Source: Takakia lepidozioides
Lineage: Eukaryota > Plantae > Bryophyta
Assembly (NCBI GenBank): GCA_030704615.1
Contig: CM060734.1
Coordinates: 28,582,001-28,646,000 of the forward strand
Direction of reading: 5' to 3'
DNA length: 64,000 nt
Shown here in pieces: positions 49,401-62,916 of the stretch (the stretch's first letter is position 1; every line of letters begins with the position of its first letter). The position numbers and the translations under genes are program-made. Under the pieces are notes generated by a model. The model ran no database searches. It saw only the letters and a list, made by a program, of their open reading frames with translations, and was not told the DNA's origin.

Positions 49401-52400
49401 ACCCAAACCCCTCACTTTCCACATTTTCAAGAAAATGATTAATGAAAACATTGAAGAGCAGCGGGGAGAGGGTACAACCTTGTGCTTCACCTCAATGAAT
49501 AACAAAGAAGTTAGACTTCTGTCCATTGACTGTCATACAGGTTGCAAACCATTCTCCACATCTTTTCCCCTGACCCCCGAAGACCAAAGCCTGAGCCACA
49601 GCCTGCCACGCCATACTCTGTCATAAGCCTTTTTAATCAAGTATGGGGTGACCCTACGGTAGAGACCCTGCCCTTCTCTTTGACAGACTGAAGCGATTCC
49701 CTTCCGTTGGAGACAAAGAGTCATTGTCAATCTGTATAAGAAAGTCGACAGAGAAGAGCCTGGGAACTATCGGGGCATCATGCTCCTTAGCACAGTTGGC
49801 AAGCTATTTTGTAGGATAATAAGCAACCGTCTCGAGGTTGAACTGGAGTCTAGAGTTATCGTTACAGCAATTTCCAGAGGGGTATACAGAGAAGCAGAAG
49901 CGTCGATTGGTTGAGAAGACTGCTTTCATGAAGGTCAGGCTGGCTTTCAGAGACATAGGGGCTGCACCGAACATATCTTCACTCTAAGCCAGATAAGGAA
50001 AATTGAAGGGAAGCCCACTTTTATCAATGCCATCAGGTACACCTGCTTTACAGCCGCTTAGCTTGGAAGCTCTAATGGGCAGGTTGTACCCTTTTAAGAT
50101 ATAATCCATTTTGTCAGGCTGTCTTGGAGTATAGGAACAGTTTTTTCTACCGTGTCCTTCCATTCTTTAGAGGGCCCCGCACTATTACAGTTAGATTCAC
50201 GGCCAAGAAGGCTGTAGTGTGTTTCAAAGGTTTTGACGATGTCAACCGTGGAAGTCACCACTGCACTCTTATTATTCCTTAAAAGCATGTACTTGCTGGC
50301 GATTTTTCGGCCTCTACAATTGCTGTAAGGCAACCAGAATCTCTTATCATTACCACCATGGTGGTTCAAGTTAATGTCTCAGTACAAATCCTCCAATATA
50401 ATTTCTTCTGAGCCACAAGCTGGTGAACTTCTTTGCGCATTTGGTAATATCTAGACCACATCTCTTTGTGAGTTTGGATATTACAGTAGTCCATAGAAAG
50501 TGCCTGTCTCTCAGCAATGTTGGGCATGATCTCTTTGGTCCACCAATTTGCTGCTCTACCGCAGACTATTCCCAAGAATCCACAGCTCGTTCGACTTTGC
50601 TTCTTGCATCACCTAAGCAGGAAGAGAGGTCTTGGAGTGATTGGATGAAGTGTGGGAGAACCTCATTTGAGGCCTGGACATATTCTGTCTGGACCTCTTC
50701 CTTCTGGCAATTTTCTATGCGCCACTTTCGAAGTGAACGTTTCACAGATCCTTTGGTGTTCAGAATACACCTTTTGATCTCAGTCCATACAAGAAAGTGG
50801 TCAGAAGATCCAATATCATTTCTATCAACTGCCACTTTGGCACTCCGGGGGAACAACTCCTTATCCACAACAAGATAACCAACAGTGGACCGTTCCCCAG
50901 TTTGGCTTTGTTAGAGAGAGAGAGAATGTACTCGTAAGGCGTTGTTTGCCGTAGCCTTGTGGCGATTGACCCCGCGGCCAGTTTGAGCGGAACACAAAGG
51001 GACAAACTATCTTTGTCAGGGGCTGATGCTGGTAGCATGACTTACCTTGGAACAGACAATTGATCCGAGTTTCCCAGATATCCTCTAGAAATCCCTTCAC
51101 ACAAGCATCAATCTGCTGTGTGTGGTTTGGCCAATAACTAGGCCCCAAAAGGGTCTGGGATTTTGCCTCGAGACTTTCAAAGTTGGTAAACAGAGGTTCA
51201 CGCACAATTCCCTTGATGGATTTGAAGAGGGTATCTCTCTCGTGAGAGTACCCAGGACAATGAATCAGAAAAGGTTAAAGAGAAGTTCAAGGGCCTCTAT
51301 CATGGGGTCGCGGCCATGCTTGATAAGCTTGTTGATTATTGTCTTCAGATTGCCCACACAACGGGCAATTGCAATCCCTCTTTCCTCTCTGCATCTGTTT
51401 GCTGTTCAAAGGTAGGCTTCCCGCCCTGAGTTTAAATTTCAGTCTAGTGCCGAGGGTGGGTAAACCCTTGAGGTCATCCATGATGGCCTCTCCCATGTCA
51501 CAGACTGGAAAACAAGTTCAGGGAAATTTTCTGCCTAACTTCATTTTCATCAGACAATTTCCTGGAAACAGACATGGCTTTGGACACTACAGCCTCTAAG
51601 TCAGATTTTTCCAGCAGGGTCAAGACTTGCGGGCTTAGATTCAGATCCTTGAGAATCTCTTGTACTCTCTTCCGCCAGGACTTAGCCTGTTTGACAGGGC
51701 GATCCTGCATCCAAGATATAGAGTCGATGAACTTAGGATATCTGATATTAGACATATGTTGCAGCTGACCCACCATCTGACCTTGAATTCATCTCGTCGG
51801 GAGCTTAAGGAACGGATGTCAAACTCACCCTGAACAGCCCCGTTGGCTGTTTTGGAGCATGCTGACATGCACTTCTTAAGCACCCCCACTTGAATGGATT
51901 CTAGAGACTTAGCCTGGTTGGAGTTATCAGCTCCAGATGCGTACTCCAAGGCAGGCCTAATAACGGGGCAAGCATGGTTTTTTTTACTTTCAGAGTTGAT
52001 CCCTCTGCAGTGGAAAAATTTAGTGAGACCCAGCGCTTTGCGCTTGCCAAATTGAACGACTTTTTGTATGTGTATCCCAATTACAGTTGGAGGAAAACCT
52101 AATGCCAATATATGTGTAGGAAGGGAGGACCGGAATCTCTTGGCTTCCCCACTGCCACTTGAGATCACCTCCTCCTTCCCCTCGGTCGTTGAATGTCACC
52201 ACTGCGCATTTACTGACGTTAGGCTCTAGCCCCCAAAGGTCAGAGTATCTCTTCGCGCAATCAATCAACTCCTGGAGATGGGAAGGAGTCTCCCCTATGC
52301 CTGCGAAGTCATCCGGGCTGGTATGGTGGCATCACCCACCCTTACCCCAAATCCCTCACTTTCCACATCCTCGAGCAGTTGATTGATGAAAACATTGAAG

Positions 52401-52722
52401 ATCAGAGGGGAGAGGGTTCCTTGAGCTACACCTTGGTCTATGTCAAAGAAGTTAGACTTCTGTCCATTAACAGTGACACAGCTTTTGGTGTGAGCATACA
52501 AGTTATGGACCACTCTCCACATCTTTCCCTTGATCCCAGATGACCAGAGTCGGAGCCATAGACCATCTCTCCACACTGTGTCATAAGCCTTTTTGACATC
52601 CAAGAAAAAGCCAAAAGTGGGTTTCCCTTCTTTTTTCCTTCCCTGGATAATCTGGCTTAGAGTGAAAATATGATCCACACAGCCCCTGTTCTCTGAAAGC
52701 CAGCTTGACCTTCGTGGAAACA

Positions 52723-52757
<35 letters not shown>

Positions 52758-54168
52758 TTATACTCTTAAGACGTTGTTTGCCTTAGCCTTGTGGCCACAG
52801 ACCCCATGCCCAGTTTGGGCGGAACAAAAGGGAACAGATGCTACCTTTGTAAGGGTTCACTCCGGTATTGTGACTTACCTTGATAGAGACAACTAGATCG
52901 GGTTTTCCAGATATCCTCTAGAAAGCCCTATACACAAGCATCAACGTGCTGTGTGTGAGCTGCCCAGCAATCAGACCCCAACAGGGCCAGGACTTTAGGC
53001 TCAGCCTCAAGATTTTGAAAGTTGGTGAACAGAGGTGCAGGGACAATGTTCTTGATGGTCCTGAAGAGGGTCACTGGTGAGATCCCGGAAAATCAGAAAA
53101 TGGATATTGTCTTCAGGTTGCCCGCACATCGGGCAATTACAATCTCCTCGGTCTCTCTCCATCTGTTTATTGTTCAAAGGTAGGCTTCCCGCCCTGATTT
53201 GAAATTTCAGTCTAGAGGGTAGGTAGGCCCTTGAGATCATCCTTCAGGTCCTCACCTACGTCACAGACTGGAAACAAGTTCAGGGAAGTTTTATGCCTAA
53301 CTTCATTTCATCAGGTAGTCTTTGGGCATCGGACATGGCTTTGACACAACTCCCTCCAAGTCAGCTTCATCCAGTAGGGTCAGTTCTTCTGGACTAATAT
53401 GCGGATACTTGAAAATCTCTTTTACGCTTTTCTACTAAGGCAGCCTGTTTAACAGGATGGTCTCGCTTCCAAGAAGTAGCGTCGATGTTGTTTTTGTGGA
53501 TGTCTTGAGAACAATTTTGGATTTTGTTATTGATTTCAGACTGATGTTCCAATAAATTTCAACGATGAATAAATCACTATTTTGTTCTCAACTAAATACT
53601 TTGTCGTTTCTTAAACCAAAACTATGGTTTCATGTGTTGATTACTATTAGAGCCTTAAGTAGCCAAAGAGTGACTGGCTGCTTTGCTAATGAAGACCATA
53701 GCATGCACCCCACCACTATAGCAAGCCCTACAAAGAAGCCTCAAGCCCTTAGATGGATGTTGTATTTCCTTGCTTCATGTATCTGAACCATTTACAAGTG
53801 GCTAGCAAACAGTAAGCTGGAAGCAAATGCAGGTCTTGGGACAGACAGGGAGGCGATGCCACATTGGGCCCTTGATAGCAGGGTCTGTTTGGTTGACCTA
53901 AAGATTTGGAGCTTCCAGTTCAGAGGATGTGTCACGAGGGACTTGGCTAACAGTTACTTAATTTTCAAGTGTAGGAGGCTTTGAAGAGTTCAAGTTGATG
54001 GAAAGGCTGGGAGATGGAAAGCGGCCAGCTGCTGTTATAGGGGAGGTAGCTGATGACATGGGGTTGGATTTGGTAATTTTAAGTATGGAGGCAATACACT
54101 CAAAGCACGTAGACAGCAATCTGCTAGCTGAGTTTGTGCCCTGTCCCGTCCTTTTACTACCCTTATGA
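46445..54168 (+). CDS. Universal-stress-protein-like (adenine nucleotide alpha hydrolase fold) protein with a probable plastid transit peptide; exons 46445-46640, 47931-48052, 48210-48267, 48440-48517, 53975-54168
   Basis: The phase-compatible GT-AG spliced product reads FKHVLLPIMDQNPYLSEATRQAAATTTALAKKYGADITVVVIDE...NIRWHLAEGGFEEFKLMERLG.GK.PAAVIGEVADD..LDLVILSMEAIHSKHVDSNLLAEFVPCPVLLLPL*, a conserved green-plant protein. The N-terminus is Ser/Ala/Arg-rich. The exon 2 acceptor is weak. Confidence 0.88.
48860..53490 (-). mobile_element. Cluster of RTE-X-like LINE fragments filling intron 4 of the USP-like gene
   Basis: RT motifs GCVDHIFTL, FLDVKKAYDTVWRDGLW and GVAQG..LSP (52295-52710); endonuclease tail GSSDHFLVW (50800); a plus-strand RT piece NYRGIMLLS.VGKLF (49700-50020); two 3' ends with (TC)n tails at ~50913 and ~52727. 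Confidence 0.85.
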
Positions 54169-57059
54169 TGTATTGATGCTAGATTGCTTTCATTTTGCAT
54201 GCCTCAGATAGTTAAGAAGGTTTCTTACAACTGGCCTCATGAGTTACACTTTGTAATCTCTTGCATACGTGGCTTTGACAGTTTTGAGGTTCTGTGCTTT
54301 GAAGCATAAAAGTTCATTCTAATGCCAGAGAGCCTCTTTAAGGGATTTGAGACGAAAAGACAGTACTTAACACACTTGCAACTATACAATTGGAGAGAGA
54401 TATGCACTCAGGTTGTAGCCAGTGATTGTAGGGCATAGCAGAATACAAGTAGGACACCCACCCTACAGGGCAGGTTGAGGATTCTCGGCCACCATAGTAA
54501 TAAACTCAGTCTGGATTGCAATACACACAAGTGATAACCACTCCAACCAGAAGATGGCTCAACCCTCCTTAAAAATCAACGACATATGATGCCAAAACAG
54601 TTTGGATTGATTAGCGAGGGGAACAAGGAAAAAAAGAGTAAAGAGATCCAAGACAGTTGGGAAAGGTGTAGCAGCCGCATCCAAAAGTGAAACAAGAGCT
54701 TCCCACCCTTGCCTCAATAGAATCCACAGTCAACACAATTTAAGATGGCCACAACTTCAGCCGTGATAATCCCATAAATATTTTCTGACTCCACGGGATT
54801 TTGACTGTCTACTCGTTGCTAACAAAAGACATCTACTGTAAACCAACAGCAACGTTCCTAAAGAGAAGTTAAAAGAGCCACCTTGATTGAAGGATGCCAC
54901 ACGCGTACAAACATGACTCTCTTATGTGGAGAGGGTTTCTTTTCTGTCTGATTATCTGTGACTTTGCAATTAGGTTTTGTTGTCACTTCAGACATCCACA
55001 CCTATAAGCAAAACAAACAAGGCTCGACATACACGTAGGCCCTGCCATCTACATATGTAAGACATAAATTTGGAATTCATATATTAGGATAAATTGATAT
55101 TTTTTAATTGTTGGTAAAAGAATGCTTATATTCTCGCTGCTTTTTGAGGCTGTCCTGCCAATCCTGGCAGCCCTGCTATCCTTTTCGCTCGGTTCTTGAA
55201 TGATCCTCTCTTGATCGTCGTGGTAGGTCTTCGTCTGAGCTTGCTGGCTTTGATTCTAATCCGTCATTCGGGAGTTCGCATCTCGCGTGCTTCTGCTATC
55301 GCTAGTGCTCGTGACTTCTCCTCGTTATAGCTCTCAATCGTAGGATTTATCATTCATCCTCTTGGATGGTTCTCTCTCCGTTAAAAGAACTCTGGGTTCG
55401 TCCCTCACAGTCAGGTGTGCATGCCTTATGGCCCCACAGAGGTTTATTTTTTTCCCGTTATTAATGAAAGACTGGGGCTTCATCCCCTTAAAAAAAGAAA
55501 AACAAAAAGACACTAGACATAGGATGCGAGTTGTATGTGCCAGCCTGATGTGCCAGCCTGCCGGTACGGTCGCCGGAGCACGCCCTTGGCAGGGCCCGCG
55601 CGCCGTGCCATTATTGCGGGAATTATAGTACAAAACATAAAAATTCTTAGGAATTGTTAGAAAGCGGTGGGTAGCCTGGTGGCTAGATGCGTTGACCATT
55701 ACTGCGGGGGTGTTGGCATGCCTAGCCTATGGCGCGATTGAAATAGGATGTTAAGGATATGATTGAGGTATCAATTTTCTAAGTCCCTTAAGCGGATCTC
55801 CGCTTCCCTGTTCCCAATCGCTGCTCCTCTGTTCCCACATACATATACTGCTCCCCCATGTGTCTGCCGCTCCCATGCTCCGCTGTTTTACTGCTTCGCC
55901 CCTCCAATAACAGGGGAGCGGAGGAGCAGGGAGCCAGCGTCCGGGAAATAATTTCAGTTGAACCAGCCAGTAGCCGCTCATTCCCAGCAGCAATCGGCTA
56001 AGTGGGTTGGGCAGTCGGTTGCTGCCCCTTAGTGGTAACTATACCCGGTCAATTTCCGAGATAATTTCTTTACAACCGGTAATATTCCTAATGATTTATT
56101 TTGTGTTCAGCTATAAATCCAGCCCTTATAAATATCAACCGGTTGACAACACAAGTGTCAAATGCACAACAATAAGTAAATAATAATAATAATAAATAAT
56201 CACAACCAGTTTTAAGCAATTCAAACAAGTGAAGAACATTGTATCCTTATAGAAGTTGGACCTGTCAATGCCTTCAAACCACATGGAGAAGAATTGAACC
56301 CGCGTGGACAGGTGAGCTGTGATAGCAGGCAGCGAGTGCAAGCAGGCGTGGGGCTGGGGCTGCGAGAGCAACGTCCAGACTTAGTAGGGTTTGCCCGCGG
56401 GCCCGCCCTCTTTGAGTTCAATATTTTTTCACCTAAACGCCCTTCCTTGGATGTAACCCGGCCTGGCACGTTGGATTTCTGCCATGTGGTGGACTTCGAC
56501 GGCCATTTCCATTTTTTGTAATATAAGGGCCGGAATCCGTCCAGGCCTTGCCAACTAAGGCAGATTTCCTGTCTGTAATGAAATGGAAAGGCAAATATCC
56601 TTCCTAAAAGTAGGGCACCCGGTTGATTTCCACTTGGCCATTTTTTCCCTCGGATCCATTTCCTGAGGTTTCATATTTCATTCGGAAATTCTGGAATTCA
56701 GTCGGCTAGCATGTAACTGGCTGCCGGTTCTCCCCGGACGTCGCAGGGAGCAATAACAGGGGAGCAGGGGAGCGGTGGAACGGGAACATGGGAGTGCCGG
56801 GGCGGGAACATGGAGCGTGGGACCCTTGGATGGGCGTGAAGCATACACGAGGGAAGCAGGGGTGGGGATTTGACCGGGGTCCCACGGGGCCCTCTGGTTA
56901 GCTCCGGGGATCGTACCGGCAACCCTCGCACGCGCATTAAACTCCCATCCTGTCTAGTGTAAGCCGTATAATTGTTGTAATGGTCAAAAATCTAGCAACA
57001 ATGCTATAGCTATAATGTTGCATCGGATTAATCTTTTGTTGGATGAATAAAACGATTAA

Positions 57060-57760
57060 CATGGTTGGGTAGTTTGAAAGCAATCTACAGCTGGTTGCGT
57101 ATAGAGATCCAACGCTTTTTTTAAATGACACATTGCATTTTGTCACGGAAGCACAAAAGATTGGCTGTAATTCAAAAGAAAAACCATTGAATCAAAGAGA
57201 TAATCTCCGGCAACATATGAATAGTCCCGCACTTGAAATTGGTTTTGTATATGAGATTGTCTTGTTATGAAAGACGGGACTATGGGCTCGAATGACCCCC
57301 ATGGTTCGATCTATCTTCAAAGACCATTTGGAATGGATGACGCTTGAACTGTCCACCACATTTAATCATGATTCTTGCACTCGTTCGAGACCAATCAAAT
57401 ATCAGACAAGAAAGATAATCGGATAACCAAAAAATAGATGTGAAGTCTCCACACAATCCTCCATTGGTCGCACGTATAGACATTTTTTCAATATACCCTT
57501 CTAGTGTGCTGACTTGTCCATTATGCAGAGACAGAAGAAATTCTAGAGAAAGTTGTCTTCGACAATTTATAGCTGGCTGGATATGGAAATCCAGCACTTT
57601 CTTAAAATGACACATTGTATTTTGTCGTAAGCACATAAGATTGGCTGTAGTTCAAAAGAAAAGCCATGGAATCAAAGAGGCAATCTCCGACAACAAACGG
57701 ATAGTCATGCTGTCGAACCAACCCTTCTTTTGACAACTGTGTATCAATGTCCCGCTCCCT
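57060..57760 (-). pseudogene. Tandem OTU-like cysteine protease (deubiquitinase-type) domain remnants
   Basis: YPFVVGDCLFDSMAFLL...(frameshift)LRQ...YIEKM......CGDFTSIFWLSDYL...I......F......GH. A second partial copy YSYVAGDYLFDSMVFLL lies at ~57230-57080. Confidence 0.65.
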
Positions 57761-58215
57761 GTGTTTGGCATATCTAAATGTGACGAACAAGAATGATGGA
57801 ATATCAACGTGGAGTATCTGTACGGATTTCAAATGCCCAATGTTTTTTTCCTCAATATAGCACTCAATTCCAACACCAATATATACAACACTGAATACTT
57901 TTGCACCGATATTGGCACTTAAGCCAAAATGTCAGAACAGAATATCCAAAACCATGACTAGATGTTACTTGAAATCTCCCTGAACTTCTTGGTTATGCTC
58001 ATCCATGAGATTTTCGATACAACATTACACTTGAATCCGATCCATATAATATTTACTTTCTACAATCAATGCATTCGAGTCTATGCATGATCAAATATTA
58101 GATTTGAAAACAATACGTGGTGCAATATATATACACTATAGTAGTACTGAACATGTTTAAACAACTTTGATATGTACTAGATAGCCTATATACTGAAGTA
58201 TGTACCATCCTTAAA

Positions 58216-60700
58216 CTATATGCAGTTCTTATTCAGGTCCGGGAAGTTCCAATGCATGGTACCTCGGTGCCTTCCACCTGGCATTCTCTCTATCTTTCCC
58301 TCCATGTCATTTAACCTATAGGAGAACATATACTGACTAACTGAAGAAACTAGCAAACAATACCATGAAGTGTTTGTAGATAAGGGTATGCGTACCCAGT
58401 GCAGTTTCGCAGATACGTCAGTGTTGAGAAATAAATTGCCAACATATGCTTGAATCTCCACTGTGTAATGTGTGGCTATTTTGTTGACTAGCACCTCCAC
58501 CTATTCCTTCCAATAATTAGAAAAAAACTAAACTGTAAACTCTCTTTCTGTGCCCCTCTCTGGCACTGTATGGCAGTGTCGTACCTGTTGTGGATTGGTC
58601 ACAGGTGGTGATGATCTACATGCTTTGATAGAAAAAATTGACTGTGCAAGATGAGAATTTCTACACTTCAAAATTGTTTTGGTCTAACCTTACATTGCTC
58701 TTCAGATATCCCAAGTAAATATAACACCCTATTACATGATGAGCAAAGACATTCGAGTCACCGAGTGTTGACTGGGACAGTTAACAACAGAAGAAATACA
58801 TCTAATGCTTGTAAAGTTCACACCCATGGTTGAATGGACTTCTGGACTGCACTGAAATCATGGTCTTCCCTTGCAACCAGGGAGTTATCTACTTCATTCT
58901 CCTCTAATGTACCTTTTTTTTCTTACCCTATCCCAGTCCCTTTCCATGAGGTGTGACACATAGTGTGGCCATAGCCGCATCCTATCTGTGCTAACAGGTG
59001 GACACACGCTAGCCTCCATGTGCAGACTGTGTATTTCCATTTGGATCTCATTTACATTAAGGGGATAGATGTATCATCTAGAATAGGATGATGTCAATGG
59101 CATGCGACTCGTGGGCAGGAACCCCTAGTCAAATATATAGCATACAACGTTCAGAAGGTATTGTCCATTACTACATCTCCATGGTCTTCACACTTGTTCC
59201 TTCATTTTCTTGTGGAAATTTGGGGTTTAGGGTTTTGAACACATTTTGCAATACCCAGAGGCACAACATGTTAGAAGTCCACAGACCTGAACTTTTCCTT
59301 GATACAATACCCCAGGCAGCACTGTTTGCAGCCCCACTGTCAAGCCCGGACAGTAACAACTAGTGCACACTGTTGCGGCGCTGATCTGCACAAGCACACA
59401 TCCATAGAAGAAAAGGAGAAATGGGGAAAATGGGGTGATAAAAAAAAGGAAGTCTATCAAGCACATTCTCGAAACAAGTGGGTAGCTCTCTGCATCAAAT
59501 GGCTTCTTTACCAAGTTTCACTCCACATTCAGGAAACAATGCCAAAATATGTGAGCTCCTGTCCACTATCATCAGACCTGAATTCTTGAGTAAGCCAGTA
59601 CTGGAATAGGCATCATGCGAATGTAGTTGCGGACATTGAAAAAAGAGCGTGAGCACTCAAACAAAGGACTGGGTCTTCTATCTGGCCTTCAGTTGGCCAT
59701 AGCAAATGCATGGGATATATAATCTGGGCTCCACAAAATTTCAGGCCATTTCGTCATATGTAACTAACCTAGTTGGCGAATTACAAAACTTACAAAACAT
59801 CAGTTCCGACTCTCAAGTCAAGCTTTTACTTGAGCACTCTTGAAGTTAAGTGCACTAAACATCAGCTTAAAGCAGTCACGATCATTTTCAAGATTAAAAC
59901 CAAGCGATTCAATGAAAATGAAGCTTTCCTGTTTCCAATATTGCAAGGTCTTTGGGACCACATACTGGCGAAGTAGTTGGGTATATGTAGATGAATATAT
60001 TGATCAAACTTTTTTAAGAGAAGCTTGCAACCTGGTAGCCTACCTTTAGAACATGGAAGCTTTCTCTCAGTGTCAGGCAAAGATCTTGAATAGCCTGTGC
60101 AATCAGGGAGACAATCTTCAAAAGTATTTTGCAGATGTTTACAAACATGGTCACTATGTTTTGTTAAGACCCAGGTTCACGAATTGAATCTAACTTAGAG
60201 ACCTGACTTGACGAAATCCGAGTGCACTTACGTGATCCGACATACGGCCCGAGGTAGTAATCTTACTCGTACTGCACTACTGGCAAATCTTCGTCACTAG
60301 TAGAGAGCTGACCGTGCCTGAGGTTCCTTTTGAATCAAACCAAAAGCTGGAGTCGAGTTGAGGCAACGCGTATTAAGAAATCGAAATGAAACCATTGGTG
60401 TTGCAAAGTCTCCCTTCAGACGCCGACGGTTTGATGATTCCTGGTGTTCAAATCGACTAATGCATAACAGCTGCCAGCTCGCACATTACAAAAAATAATA
60501 ATCACAAAACTGTGTAGCTCTTGGACAGCAGTATAAATTGCAAGATGATGAACTTGTATGTAGAAGCATCCCTGGAGACAAAATCGCTTCTTAATTTGCT
60601 TGGATGTTCTCGTGGACACTCAAAATCATGCAAACCGCTTTTGGTTCCCACATACAGACACCAGAGATACTATCGCCTGTCTTTCGCTTCAGACTGCAGT
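58216..60700 (-). other. Possible unidentified multi-exon gene or pseudogene
   Basis: Several short AG...GT-bounded open segments, e.g. AIQDLCLTLRESFHVLK (~60095-60045) and VEVLVNKIATHYTVEIQAYVGNLFLNTDVSAKLHW (58500-58396). No family was recognised. Confidence 0.25.
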
Positions 60701-62399
60701 GGAACTGACCGCTGGAGCACGATATCCCTAACTTATAATTTCACTGCAAGTTGCGTGGCCCTGAATAATCAGTTGCACGGAGTTTATAACAGGGACATCA
60801 TGTCATCCTCCATGAAAGACCTGATATTATCGCTTCAAACAGATAGAATGAGAGAAAGATCTGAGCACGATGTGAGATGAGTGAACAGTGACCTCCTGAT
60901 CGAAAGCTACACTAAGGAGGATAAACCAGGGCTCAGACCCAATTTTGCATCGCACATGCCACAGGAAAATCCATGGCAGTCTTCCACACGTATGGACCAG
61001 ATGTCATCCATAATGCTTAATTCCATTCATCAATCAATTTTACCAACGGTGTGGAACAGATTCATCCTACGCCTTAGGACGTACCACAGTTTGAAATGTC
61101 ACCTAATCCATGGATTTATATCCATCCATAATTAATGTGGGATCCATTGGAGATTCATTTACAAAGTTCATCTCATAGTACACATTCATCCATAAATGGA
61201 ACACATAAAGAGTACAACAAACCTGTGCCCAACATAACGAGCTTGTGCCCAGGTGGGACCCATTCAAGATATAAGGTCTTTAGGTACTTCCATGCAAGTG
61301 AATCCGCAGTCCCTGCTAAAGGCAGGGCCAACAAACCCTAAAGAATGGGTCCTAACTTGAGTCATCAAGTTATAAGGCCAAGCAAAAAATAGGAAAGATA
61401 GTGATGCTTACAAAGGGGCGACCTCCTGCAAGCCAAACAGAACCGTAAACTCACAAGATGGAAACATTTTTGGTGGAAAGGGCGTGGCCCAGCAATTTCT
61501 ATTAGCCCATTTCTTTTTCTTAAAATTTATTTAATCTTCTCTTAGGAAAAAAGCTTCTCTTGAAAAGGATAGATCCGTCTTCCTGAGCGGCCTCTTTTTT
61601 TTTCTGATGTGTGTAGGTACTTTTGTGGATAGCTGAAAGTTTGTGCAGTGTCATCCAGAAAAGAAAAGAGAGGTAAGGCATTCATTACGTTGGATCCTGT
61701 TCTTGGAGCCTAGGGATGATGCTATTCATCATTCGTTCATGACCGTTGGTGGAATTGAATAATCCCTGTAGCAGCCTTGTATGACATGCTCATATACTTT
61801 TAGTTGGGTACTCTATAGGTCATAAAGGGGCCGTGGACTTTATTCTCCTGTTTATTTTTTTGGAATAATTAGGCTAGGTGTAGGCCCTTCCCCCCAGGAG
61901 AACCATACATGAAAGCTTTCCCTTCATACAGCTCAAGTTGATTCTCGGAAGCCTATCGGGCGTCCGCAGGCGCTTTCGGGGCATTCTTGGTTCATTCGCA
62001 AATTCAGTATTACCTTGCGTGACTTGCTGGTGGCAAGTAGCATGCAAAGGTTAGATGTTAGAAGTATCCCAGCCGCCACCTCTCGACCGAGGTTCGATGT
62101 GGTGCAGATCCACCAGTTCCCCATTTTATAATGACTCTCCATAGACTATACACCGGTAATCACACCTGCGCGGTAGACTTCCTCTTTGTACGGAGATAGA
62201 ATTATAAGCATTCTGCGCTTCTAATAATAGCTCTGGTCCTCGCTTAGGAGGTATGGGTCGAACCCTTGTTTCAGGGGTTTGACCATTATTGTGCCAATCA
62301 CATCTTTAATTTGGGTCATGATCTTGAACTCCATGGGGTGTCCTTTCAACTAGCCTTAGCCTTAAAGGCTGGCACTTCATGTTTTAAAAAACAAAAAAG

Positions 62400-62660
62400 G
62401 AAACCTGGGAGCGACAGCCCACAAATCAGGCCCTTGAGGAGGGGGAAAAATTAACCCCCTTTCATTTATGGGCCATGAGACCTACAGGACGATCATCGCC
62501 CAGACATACCGTCACGAACAATCCCACACACGGGCAGGACGATCATCGCCCAGACATACCGTCACGAACAATCCCACACACGGGCAGGGCAGCGGGTTTG
62601 AACCACGGACCACCAAAGCGACACACTGTGCACTTACCAGCTGAGCTACCACCCGATGTG
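62400..62660 (-). mobile_element. tRNA-derived SINE-like element with an internal exact 50-bp tandem duplication (62485-62584)
   Basis: Minus strand reads GGTAGCTCAGCTGGTAAG (A box) ... GTGGTTCAAACC (B box). Confidence 0.55.
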
Positions 62661-62784
62661 CATGTTTTAATCAATATCGTTTTGAGTTTTATTTTTGTAA
62701 TTATAATTATACCAAATAATTCCATTTTTATTTTTATTTTTATAATTTGGTATTTTTTTCAGTTCTCTCATAAAAGACCAATGG

Positions 62785-62882
62785 AGAGAGCACTAAGTGC
62801 TACCCATTTCATTCTGGGTTCAAATCCTGCTACCTTGTTGGTTGTGTATGATATTCTCCCCCTTCGCTTGGGTGGTGTCCCA
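62785..62882 (+). mobile_element. SINE family B fragment
   Basis: B box GGGTTCAAATCC and a body similar to 10010-10100. Confidence 0.5.
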
Positions 62883-62916
62883 TGAGCCTTGAGCTCCACT
62901 ACTTGTGAAAGACGTT

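Noticed and set aside
61933-62200. Possible LINE endonuclease fragment (FACYLPP on the minus strand)
   Set aside because: A single short motif is too weak to call.
62596-62660. Functional tRNA gene (also 9985-10050)
   Set aside because: A and B boxes are present but no proper acceptor or anticodon stems; better explained as SINE heads.
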